Positions 23,150 through 33,188 of a stretch of 64,000 nucleotides of DNA are shown piece after piece (positions within the stretch are counted from its first letter, which is position 1; every line of letters starts with the position of its first letter). Source of the stretch: Yuukianura sp. NJ FZ-2021. Taxonomy: Eukaryota. A model generated the notes under the pieces. The model was given only the letters and a program-made list of their open reading frames with translations, had not been told where the DNA came from and ran no database searches. The stretch is taken from the NCBI GenBank assembly GCA_046563655.1, contig CM102287.1, positions 248,001 through 312,000 of the forward strand. The letters are read 5' to 3'. The translations under genes and the position numbers were made by a program.

Positions 23150-23727
23150 TGTGAGGATATGATCCTCAAATGTGTAATTAATTAGATAATTAAAAATATA
23201 AAATAGCTAAAATCTTAAAATAGTTAAAATAATTAAAATGTAGGGCCAATGCCCATAAGTGTTTCCCCCGTCTCCCGCCATCCCCAATTCAAAATCGGAG
23301 AAGAAGCAGAAGCAGAGGCAGCAGTTGCATCAGCCACTTCACTTCGACTCCGGATGCAGCAGCCTCAGCAGCAACAGCTCCCTCCTGCCACGCCGTGCTC
23401 GTCACCACCGTCTTCTTCTGCCTGACCAAGGGTCACGTAAGGTCACTGGACACTCTACGTCTCCTTGAGGCCAGGTAGTGGTCTCGGCCAGTTAGTGGTC
23501 AAAGGCCAGGTAGTGGCTTGTTCCCCTCCTTTCCCCCGGTATTTTTGGTTTAGGCCCTTAAGGCCCAGTATTGTTTGGTTTAGCCCGGATTGGGCTCTTG
23601 TTTGGTTTAGAGTTATGGCTACGATTCAATAAATCGTAGCACACAAATCGTTTTGGTATCGGTGTTTGTTTGTTCATTTATTTGAGGGCAGGCAAGGATC
23701 GGATATCCTTGTCTGTCATCCCTCATA
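23150..23727 (+). repeat. Gypsy 3' LTR (578 bp, TG...TA ends)
   Basis: Direct repeat of 26592-27185 but lacks a 17-bp internal duplication. Confidence 0.95.
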
Positions 23728-26591
23728 ATCCCCATAAAAAGTGCTACAGGAGCCCACTTTCACTTGCTGTGTCGTCCCTAATCTTGTTACTTTTCTTTAT
23801 GAAAACTTGTTTCCAAACAAATATTTCGAAAAACCTCCACGCGGAGCGATGCTGGGTGAAAACGAGTTACTTTTCTGAAATCCTCCTGAAAAGTACTACA
23901 GGAACCCAAGGATAATTGGCGTGGATAGATCGCCATTAAATCTGGTTAGAGCGTACTTAAGAGTCTGGATGAACCGCTCTGTCTCGGAGTTTATCTTGGG
24001 TTGGTAAACGGTACCCAGGGCAATGCCGAGCACCATTTTGTCGAAAACGACTTAAATTTCTGAGAATGAACATGCTAATGTGAGAATGAACAGAAAGTAA
24101 ATTACATTTTTGAAATCCTCATAAAAAGGGCTACAGGAACCCACTTTCACTTGCTGTGTCGTCCCTCATCTCGTTACTTTTCTTTATGAAAATTTGTTTC
24201 CAAACAAATATTTCGAAAAACCTCCACGCGGAGCGATGCCGGGTGAATATGAGTTACTTTTCTGAAATCCTCCTGAAAAGTACTACAGGAACCCAAGGAT
24301 AATTGGCGTGGATAGATCGCCATTAAATCTGGTTAGAGCGTACTTAAGAGTCTGGATGAACCGCTCTGCCTCGGAGTTTATCTTGGGTTGGTAAACGGTA
24401 CCCATGGCAATGCCGAGCACCATTTTGTCAAAAACGACTTAAATTTCTGAGAATGAACATGCTAATGTGAGAATGAACATAAAGTAAATTACATTTTTGA
24501 AATCTTCATAATATGTGCTACAGGAGCCCATTTTCACTTGCTGTGTCGTCTCTAATCTTGTTACTTTTATTTAGGAAAATTCATGTTTCACAACAAAAAT
24601 TCAAAAGAAATGCATTCAGGAACGATGCTAGGTAAAAGTCAACTACATCTTTGAAATCCTCATAAAAAGTGCTACAGGAGCCCACTTTCACTTGCTGTGT
24701 GGTCCCTAATCTTGTTACTTTTATTTATGAAAATTCATGTTTCAAAACAAAGAATTCAAAAGAAATGCATTCCGAAACGATGCTAGGTAAAAGTCAACTA
24801 CATTTTTGAAATCCTCATAAAAAGAGCTACAGAAGCCCACCTTCACTTGCTGTGTCCTCCCTCATCTTGTTACTTTTATTTATGAAAATCCATGTTTCAA
24901 AACAAAGAATTCAAAAGAAATGCATTCCGGAACGATGCTAGGTAACAGTCAACTACATTTTTGAAATCCTCATAAAAAGGGCTACAGGAACCCACTTTCA
25001 CTTGCTGTGTCGTCCCTCATCTCGTTACTTTTTTTATGAAAATTTGTTTCCAAACAAATATTTCGAAAAACCTCCACGCGGAGCGATGCCGGGTGAATAT
25101 GAGTTACTTTTCTGAAATCCTCCTGAAAAGTACTACAGGAACCCAAGGATAATTGGCGTGGATAGATCGCCATTAAATCTGGTTAGAGGTACTTAAAAGT
25201 CTGGATGAACCGCTCTGCCTCGGAGTTTATCTTGGGTTGGTAAACGGTACCCAGGGCAATGCCGAGCACCATTTTGTCGAAAACGACTTAAATTTCTGAG
25301 AATGAACATGCTAATGTGAGAATGAACAGAAAGTAAATTACATTTTTGAAATCCTCATAAAAAGGGCTACAGGAACCCACTTTCACTTGCTGTGTCGTCC
25401 CTCATCTCGTTACTTTTCTTTATGAAAATTTGTTTCCAAACAAATATTTCGAAAAACCTCCACGCGGAGCGATGCCGGGTGAATATGAGTTACTTTTCTG
25501 AAATCCTCCTGAAAAGTACTACAGGAACCCAAGGATAATTGGCGTGGATAGATCGCAATTAAATCTGGTTAGAGCGTACTTAAGAGTCTGGATGAACCGC
25601 TCTGCCTCGGAGTTTATCTTGGGTTGGTAAACGGTACCCATGGCAATGCCGAGCACCATTTTGTCAAAAACGACTTAAATTTCTGAGAATGAACATGCTA
25701 ATGTGAGAATGAACATAAAGTAAATTACATTTTTGAAATCTTCATAATATGTGCTACAGGAGCCCATTTTCACTTGCTGTGTCGTCCCTAATCTTGTTAC
25801 TTTTATTTAGGAAAATTCTTGTTTCAAAACAAAGAATTCAAAAGAAATGCATTCAGGAACGATGCTGGGTAAAAGTCAACTACAGCTTTGAAATCCTCAT
25901 AAAAAGTTCTACAGGAGCCCACTTTCACTTGCTGTGTGGTCCCTAATCTTGTTACTTTTATTTATGAAAATTCATGTTTCAAAACAAAGAATTCAAAAGA
26001 AATGCATTCCGAAACGATGCTAGGTAAAAGTCAACTACATTTTTGAAATCCTCATAAAAAGAGCTACAGAAGCCCACCTTCACTTGCTGTGTCCTCCCTC
26101 ATCTTGTTACTTTTATTTATGAAAATCCATGTTTCAAAACAAAGAATTCAAAAGAAATGCATTCCGGAACGATGCTAGGTAACAGTCAACTACATTTTTG
26201 AAATCCTCATAAAAAGGGCTACAGGAACCCACTTTCACTTGCTGTGTCGTCCCTCATCTCGTTACTTTTTTTATGAAAATTTGTTTCCAAACAAATATTT
26301 CGAAAAACCTCCACGCGGAGCGATGCCGGGTGAATATGAGTTACTTTTCTGAAATCCTCCTGAAAAGTACTACAGGAACCCAAGGATAATTGGCGTGGAT
26401 AGATCGCCATTAAATCTGGTTAGAGGTACTTAAAAGTCTGGATGAACCGCTCTGCCTCGGAGTTTATCTTGGGTTGGTAAACGGTACCCAGGGCAATGCC
26501 GAGCACCATTTTGTCGAAAACGACTTAAATTTGTGAGAATGAACATGTTAATGCGAGAATAAACAGAAAGTAAATTTCATTTTTGAAATCC
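23728..26591 (-). repeat. Satellite B block in inverted orientation, with an internal ~1237-bp duplication
   Basis: Reverse complement of satellite B; identical pseudo-ORFs at 24982 and 26219. Confidence 0.96.
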
Positions 26592-27185
26592 TGTGAGGAT
26601 ATGATCCTCAAATGTGTAATTAATTAGATAATTAAAAATATAAAATAGCTAAAATCTTAAAATAGTTAAAATAATTAAAATGTAGGGCCAATGCCCATAA
26701 GTGTTTCCCCCGTCTCCCGCCATCCCCAATTCAAAATCGGAGAAGAAGCAGAAGCAGAGGCAGCAGTTGCATCAGCCACTTCACTTCGACTCCGGATGCA
26801 GCAGCCTCAGCAGCAACAGCTCCCTCCTGCCACGCCGTGCTCGTCACCACCGTCTTCTTCTGCCTGACCAAGGGTCACGTAAGGTCACTGGACACTCTAC
26901 GTCTCCTTGAGGCCAGGTAGTGGTCTCGGCCAGTTAGTGGCCATGACCAGTTAGTGGTCAAAGGCCAGGTAGTGGCTTGTTCCCCTCCTTTCCCCGGTAT
27001 TTTTGGTTTAGGCCCTTAAGGCCCAGTATTGTTTGGTTTAGCCCGGATTGGGCTCTTGTTTGGTTTAGAGTTATGGCTACGATTCAATAAATCGTAGCGC
27101 ACAAATCGTTTTGGTATCGGTGTTTGTTTGTTCATTTATTTGAGGGCAGGCAAGGATCGGATATCCTTGTCTGTCATCCCTCATA
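26592..27185 (+). repeat. Gypsy 5' LTR (594 bp)
   Basis: TGTGAGG...CCTCATA; preceded by ATCC and followed by the PBS. Confidence 0.95.
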
Positions 27186-27187
27186 TC

Positions 27188-27198
27188 TGGTGCCGAAA
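27188..27198 (+). promoter_or_regulatory. Primer binding site TGGTGCCGAAA (tRNA-Phe type)
   Basis: Complementary to the ...TTTCGGCACCA 3' end of eukaryotic tRNA-Phe; 2 nt after the LTR. Confidence 0.85.
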
Positions 27199-27579
27199 GT
27201 AGCGTTGAACCGCCCCCTTCAGCTCTCCCATAACGTTAATCGATGATTAATCATGGATTAATCACCGATTCATGACATAATACCGACGAATTCGGTACAT
27301 TTCGGTGTTCATTCGGTTGAAAGCATGGCTCTGCATGCTATATAAGCAGAACAGCAATACGGTACGGTTTTGCACAGCAGTGCTGAGTGCACCGCTCTGC
27401 TTAACATTTTTCAAGTCGAGCGCGGTGCCGCACCCCAAATTAACAATTCGGATTTTTGCCTTGCAAATTCTTTTCACAGTTTAAATTCAAAACTTTTTCA
27501 AATTATGCCGCGTAAATCTAAACAAATCATCTAAAATTCATTTCTAAATGTCAGTTTTTGTTGTTTTATAGTTTCTTTC

Positions 27580-28812
27580 ATGGTAATTACTCGCAGCGCG
27601 AGTAGGGAACTACAGAAGTCTCAAGCAGAGGCTTCGCACACAGGACTACTTGTCCCTGCTGAACCGGAGCGGGCGAAAAGCGCACCCCCGTCTGTTCTTT
27701 TGATTTCCCCAGTAATTAACGAAAACAAATCCGATTCAGAGGAGGAATATTCGGATTCCCTCGCAATTATGGACCCCACGGATTCTAAAGACGTTGTAAT
27801 TGCTGACCTACGTCAAACTTTACAAGCGCAATTAGCGGCTATGCAAGCACAACAATTAACCGCCGCGCCAGTGGTTGCCGCGCCCCAGCCCAGTACCGCA
27901 CCCGCACTAGCTATCACACCACCTAACGCGCCCCAAGTTTTATTAGTGGAACAAGCAGCAGTGATTGCTATTCCTAAATATTCACAGCGCGTACCTATTT
28001 CCTGTTTCTTTAAAGACGCTGAAGATTACTTTGCACTTAAAAATCTAACTGAAGAAGGAAAATTGGTTCTAATTAGTCGAATGTTCCACAAAGATTCTGA
28101 CACTTTTCGATGGTGGTTGGATACGAAGGACAGTATCACAACCTTGGAAGATTTTAAAGTCGTTTTTCAAAATTATGAGGGAGTTGGTCAGTCAAAAGAC
28201 AAACTTCTTGCTGAATTATTTTCTCGAAAACAATTTTTTGCTGAATCATTTGAAACTTTTGCGTGGGACATTTCAAATTCCTACCGGAGAATCGATCCTC
28301 AGGTTTCCACAGAAACGATTAGGGACAGAATCATTAATTCGTGTATCCCAGAAATCTCTCTTTTGCTTAGATCTTCGCAAGCTACAGGGATAGCAGAGCT
28401 CATTTCACATGGTAAAGAGATTATAGGAGACTTGAATAGGACTAGGCGATTTGAGAATAAGCCCCTCCTTCGAGCGAAAACTTCCGATGATTTTTCTGAG
28501 TACAATCAAAGAATTAAAGAGAGAACGTCTGCAAGGTATCAGCCTAGGGCTTCTAACGATTCAGGATCTTCTAGTTCCAATGCACAGCGTCCTCCAGCTG
28601 CGTCAGGTTCAGTTCAGCCTAACAATTATGGTAAAGGTCGTCCACCCTCAGGAAATGAGAGTAAGCAGGGTATTTCAGGTCAGCCTCCACCCTCCAGAGA
28701 ATGGTCAATCGATCAGATTACGTGCTTCTACTGTAACCAGAAGGGTCACTACGCTCCACAATGTCCCAAAAAGCGAGGGAAAACAAATCAAGGTGGTTAC
28801 CCAAAAGCTTAA
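27580..28812 (+). CDS. gag: Gag polyprotein (410 aa)
   Basis: Retrotransposon capsid-like core (FRWW...FKVVF...RKQFFAESFETF); CFYCNQKGHYAPQC knuckle; position after the PBS. Confidence 0.92.
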   Translation: MVITRSASRELQKSQAEASHTGLLVPAEPERAKSAPPSVLLISPVINENKSDSEEEYSDSLAIMDPTDSKDVVIADLRQTLQAQLAAMQAQQLTAAPVVAAPQPSTAPALAITPPNAPQVLLVEQAAVIAIPKYSQRVPISCFFKDAEDYFALKNLTEEGKLVLISRMFHKDSDTFRWWLDTKDSITTLEDFKVVFQNYEGVGQSKDKLLAELFSRKQFFAESFETFAWDISNSYRRIDPQVSTETIRDRIINSCIPEISLLLRSSQATGIAELISHGKEIIGDLNRTRRFENKPLLRAKTSDDFSEYNQRIKERTSARYQPRASNDSGSSSSNAQRPPAASGSVQPNNYGKGRPPSGNESKQGISGQPPPSREWSIDQITCFYCNQKGHYAPQCPKKRGKTNQGGYPKA

Positions 28813-29396
28813 GGAGGAGTGACTCGCAGGAGAAGGTCGCTCTTCCGTCATTGTTTGATTCTCCAGTTTTCGTTCCTTTAACTTCCAGTACTCCTAACCC
28901 TCAGAAAGGTCAAATTCATCATGTTACTGGCGATGCAACCCAGCCCATTTTAAAGAATCAACGTTGTATCTTGGCACACATTTGTAACGATCAGGGTTTT
29001 TGGGGAAAAGGTTTTGTCACTTCGCTTTCCAAGGCATTTCGTGCTCCAGAAATGGAATGCAGAAAATTACGAGCCCCAATTCAGAGAGGTCATGTACAGT
29101 TTGTCCAAGTAGCCAAAGACATAGAAGTTGCCAACATGATTGCCCAAGGACACCCCAACGAGCCAGTCCCAATTGACTATGATGCTCTTCGTGTAGCTTT
29201 ACAAACTGTAGCCAAACGAGCCTTAGACACAAATTCAGTTGTTCACATGCCCAGAATCGGAGTAGGTCTTTCCAGAGGACGATGGAACATTATTTCCCAC
29301 ATTATTTGGTCTGAATTATGCATGAGGGGAATAGAAGTTGTTGTTTACACCCTGCCCCATCAAGTTCCCAGGGATCCAAACCCCCAAGGAAGGTAG
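28761..29396 (+). CDS. Macrodomain ORF (ADP-ribose binding/hydrolase, ALC1/SCO6735-like class) in the -1 frame relative to gag; domain about 28911-29354
   Basis: Motifs GDAT, AHICNDQGFWGKGF, VQFVQV, VANMIAQ, IDYDALRVAL, VHMPRIGVGLSRGRW, GIEVVVY. Confidence 0.88.
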   Translation: MSQKARENKSRWLPKSLRRSDSQEKVALPSLFDSPVFVPLTSSTPNPQKGQIHHVTGDATQPILKNQRCILAHICNDQGFWGKGFVTSLSKAFRAPEMECRKLRAPIQRGHVQFVQVAKDIEVANMIAQGHPNEPVPIDYDALRVALQTVAKRALDTNSVVHMPRIGVGLSRGRWNIISHIIWSELCMRGIEVVVYTLPHQVPRDPNPQGR

Positions 29397-29908
29397 GACG
29401 GGAGCCCCCTATCCTTCCACAATTAAATTTTTCTAAAGCAGCTCCCACCATAATGGTACGAATTCGGAATTCGGTGCATTCGGCCCACCTAGATTCTCTC
29501 TCCACCTACTCCCACATTTCCCTTTCCTTAGCAAATAAGTTGGGATTGGTTGTTACTAAGGATTGTAAAGTAACATTAACGATTGGTGACTCTAGTACGA
29601 TCAGTACTTTAGGTTCAGCTGATTTAAAATTCAAAATTTACAGCGACGAGTATATTCAAAGAGTACACGTACTCCAGTCTCCCCCTTTTCCATTAATTCT
29701 CGGACTTGACTTCATCAGGAACTATCATTTGGTTCCAGACTTTCATGACGGTACTTTTTCCATTAACGGGACAAAAACTAAAGGTAGATTGGAATACGAT
29801 TTTCACAATCGCGAGTACTTGTGCGCACTTCTTGGCCTCAGTGACGTACAGTCTCAGGAATTAAAGACCCTTACCGATAGTTTTCCTTCACTTTTCTCTT
29901 CTCAGTTA
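29381..29908 (+). CDS. pol: Pol N-terminus: aspartic protease, -1 frame relative to the macro ORF, interrupted at 29908
   Basis: AHLDSLSTYSHIS (atypical active site); LILGLDFI; the frame rejoins RT once the transposon is removed. Confidence 0.8.
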
Positions 29909-30149
29909 ATGTTCGTCTAAAAACGCAAGGCCCTTTGTTTATTCTCAAAATTGAATATTTTTGAATTGCTCGGCGCGGGTTGGGATGCGCATGCGCAAAA
30001 TCATGTATACACCAGCGCAATAGTCGGTTATTAGGTGTCATTTGACAAAAATCATTTCTTTGTCAGTTTTTTTTACCGTTTTCTGGTTCACTTTTTTCCT
30101 CGTAGTTAATTAATTCCACTTCTTAAGTTTAGTCGTGTTAATTAATACA

Positions 30150-32297
30150 ATGCCTAAAGCAAAGAGCAAAGAAGAGAAAGAATTAATCGAATCGACACAT
30201 AGAAAATTTACAGAAGAAAAATTGAAGATTCAAGAGAACGTTAGGTCGGGCAAGCTAGATCCAACAAGTTTACCTTTCCAATGGGTAAATGTTATCAAAA
30301 GGACATCAGCTACCCTAAACGTAAGTTCGCTGTTTGTGTTTGTTTGTCTGCGCCATTAATTAACAAGTTCATCCTACTTTTTCTAGGTTAGTGAGCAAAC
30401 TGTGAAGAGAATTATTCGGGAAATGAAAACTTCAGGCACGTTAGGCCAACCGTCCTTGAAAAGTACTGGAAGAAACAAGATTCAGATCGACAGCTTTACG
30501 GAAGGGGTTATTCGAAGGGCTGTCCTTGAGGCTTACAGCAAAAGAATTTATCCTACGCTGAGCTACCTTCACACTTACCTACAGGAGGATCCTAACTTTC
30601 CACGCATGTGCAAAGCGACTTTACATAACATTATGCGACGCCAACTCAAATTCAAGTTCGGGAAATTCAATGGCAGACCGGTCGCAATGGACAGGCCTGA
30701 CATAGCAGCTCATCGTGCCAAATACTTGAGACAAATGAAAAAGTACAGAAGACAAGGATACCATGTAACTTTATACTATTTAAACATACTTTTTTCGAAA
30801 AATTAATATCCGTGTTTTAATTACAACTACATTTGTATGCTTTGTTATCTTACAGATTTATTTTCAAGATGAATCGTGGGTAAATGAAGGACTGGGTGTT
30901 GAGAAAGGGTGGCACATTCCCGAGAAGGAAATTATTGGCATGGGTCACAGCCAACCACATCGTGATCCCTGGTTGCGGGGAATAGGGCACAGATTCCAGG
31001 AAGGGTTGTTAGGTAAGTTTGATATTGATTTGACTGAAGAGAACAGAATAGGGACTGCGGGGGACAGAGTGGGGACTGTGGGGAACAGAGTGGGGACTGC
31101 GGGGAACAGAGTAGGGACTGTGGGGAACAGAGTAGGGACTGTGGGGAACAGAGTGGGGACTGCGGGGAACAGAGTAGGGACTGTGGGGAACAGAGTGGGG
31201 ACTGTGGGGAACAGAGTAGGGACTGTGGGGAACAGAGTGGGGACTGTGGGGAACAGAGTAGGGACTGTGGGGAACAGAGTGGGGACTGCGGGGAACAGAG
31301 TAGGGACTGTGGGGAACAGAGTGGGGACTGTGGGGAACAGAGTAGGGACTGTGGGGAACAGAGTAGGGACTGTGGGGAACAGAGTAGGGACTGTGGGGAA
31401 CAGAGTGGGGACTTACAACTGGTGTTTACAATGTGTTTATTATTTTTTTGCAGGAGGGATCTCACCAAAACCAAGTGGAGCTGGCAAACGACTGATTCTT
31501 TTGGATATAGGTTCTGCTGATGGGTTTTTGGGAGTTGGTAAAGTGTTTCTGGGCAATAACAACTCATCTGATTATCACGGGGAAATAACCGCTGAACACT
31601 TTAACGCGTGGTTCCGAGACGTCGTCGCCATAATTCCAAACAAATCAGTTATAGTCCTTGACCAAGCGTCGTACCATCGCAAAGTTACGGAGGAGACCCG
31701 TAACCCAACTACTACTTACAGGAAAGCTGAACTTATCAATTGGCTGGAAAACAAGGGAGTTCCAATTCCGACTGACGAGGAATCGTTTTGGGACATGCGG
31801 GTTGTGGAACTTCTTGAGCTTGCCAAAAAGTTCCCGGTAGAACCTGTATTTGAAGCAGAAAAAATCATTTCCGATGCGATGGCTGTGGATCCCACCCGCG
31901 ATATCAAGTTACTTTGGCTTCCGGTGGCTCATTGCGAATTGAACCCTATCGAGCTGATGTGGGCTGCGATTAAAGGTAACGATTGACTTTTAATTTTTAT
32001 TTTAATTTTTATTTATTTTTTAATTTTAATTTTTTAGGTGCCGTTCGCAAGCGTAATGTCACTTTCAAGCTCAAGGACTTGCTGCCGCTTACAAAGGAAG
32101 TAATCGATTCCGACGAAATTGTTCAACTATGGCCTGCATGCTGTCGCCATGTGGAGGAACTGGAAGACATGATCATGGAGAAGGAAAAAATCGCTGAGGA
32201 GTTCATCAGGAACACCATTCAACCAATAATTATTGAACTTGGGAATGATTCCTCTGATTCGGATATCAGTGCCGATGATTTAGATTCGGATGATTAG
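30150..32297 (+). CDS. Spliced DDE transposase, about 495 aa; exons 30150-30320, 30387-30764, 30856-31012, 31454-31975, 32038-32297
   Basis: Four GT-AG introns with compatible phases; FQDESW, KRLILL, IVLDQASYH, LPVAHCELNPIELMW; 96 residues between the second D and E. Confidence 0.85.
31041..31413 (+). repeat. 21-bp G-rich minisatellite (about 18 copies) within transposase intron 3
   Basis: GGGGAACAGAGTRGGGACTGY in tandem. Confidence 0.95.
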
Positions 32298-32412
32298 TGG
32301 TTACAAATGATGTAGCGCAGATTGTTGTCAACATTTCAGTAACGTATGGCAACAAGTAAAAAATCAGCGAAAATTGGTGTAAACAAAGGGCCTTGCGTTT
32401 TTAGACAGACAT

Positions 32413-33152
32413 TAGACCTGACTGATTGGGTTAAGTGTGAGTTGACACCGTCTCCTGGACCCCCAATTGCTTCCAAGCCCTATCCCGTTAGTCCCTTTAA
32501 AAGACAATTGATTGCTGACAACATTTCTGAAATGCTAAAGTTAGGAGTCATTGTTCCCTCCGAATCTGAATGGGCTTCCCCTGTATATATGCATACCAAA
32601 GACAAAGGTGAATCTTGGAGATTTACCCTGGACTTGAGAAAAGTTAACGCGCGGCTTCCTCATGATCCATTTCCAATTCCTAGGTTAGATTATCTTTTCC
32701 ATAACTTAGGACAAGCTAAGTTTCTTTCTGTCATTGATTTAAAGAAAGGCTATTGGCAAGTAGCTCTAGATGAAAATAGTGCCAAATATACTGCTTTTAT
32801 TTGTCATGAAGGGAAGTTTCAGTTTACTCGAATGCCATTTGGTTTAAAGTCAGCCCCTTCTCTTTTTCAAAGGCTTGTAAATAAAGTTCTGGGCACAGCG
32901 AGAGGTCGCTTTGCTGATGGGTACATTGACTACATCATTGTATACTCCAACTCTTGGACAGAGCATTTAGAGCACTTAAAGTACGTTTTCGAACGTTTAA
33001 AATCTGCAGGTCTTACTGTAAATAAGGATAAATGTGAGTTTGGCAAAACTACATCAAAGTACTTAGGTTATATCATTTCTCCAAACGGAATTGAGCGTAA
33101 TCCGGAGAAAGTTTCGGCAGTTTCTGAGTTCCCCAGGCCAACGACGCCTAAA
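32413..33152 (+). pseudogene. pol: Reverse transcriptase domain of the gypsy pol (disrupted: YIDY instead of YxDD, truncated)
   Basis: SEWASP, WRFTLDLRKVN, DLKKGYWQV, TAF, MPFGLKSAPSLFQR, YIDYIIVYS, YLGYIIS. Confidence 0.93.
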
Positions 33153-33188
33153 CTTCCTATTCTATGTCATATAGTTTATTCTTCCTAA

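Larger units (their letters stand above)
20248..23727 (+). mobile_element. 3' half of a Ty3/gypsy LTR retrotransposon (RT thumb, RNase H, integrase, ORF3, PPT, 3' LTR)
   Basis: Gypsy domain order; PPT followed by LTR; TSD ATCC at 23728-23731 matches ATCC at 26588-26591. Confidence 0.95.
29909..32412 (+). mobile_element. IS630/Tc1/mariner-group DNA transposon (2504 bp), probably Sailor-like (long DD-E spacer)
   Basis: 33-bp TIRs (29909-29941 and 32380-32412, 2 mismatches); TA TSD at 29907-8 and 32413-4; removal restores the pol frame SSQL-DLTDW. Confidence 0.93.
26592..33152 (+). mobile_element. 5' half of the Ty3/gypsy element (5' LTR, PBS, gag, macrodomain, protease, nested DNA transposon, RT)
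   Basis: LTR plus PBS, gag CCHC, protease and RT motifs; RT breaks off at PRPTTPK. Confidence 0.95.

Noticed and set aside
23150..27185. An LTR element whose interior is satellite DNA
   Set aside because: The PPT precedes the first LTR, the PBS follows the second, and the TSDs face inward, so these are the 3' and 5' LTRs of a permuted element
28761..29396. Bacterial contamination as the source of the macrodomain
   Set aside because: It overlaps gag and pro seamlessly and is bounded by frameshift-like signals inside the retroelement
30932..31567. Repeat proteins (CSPQSLL)n on the minus strand and (GTVGNRV)n on the plus strand
   Set aside because: Translation of a 21-bp minisatellite lying within a GT-AG intron of the transposase
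32346..32412. RT ORF start MATSKKSAK...
   Set aside because: This N-terminus is transposon end and TIR sequence; true pol resumes at 32413
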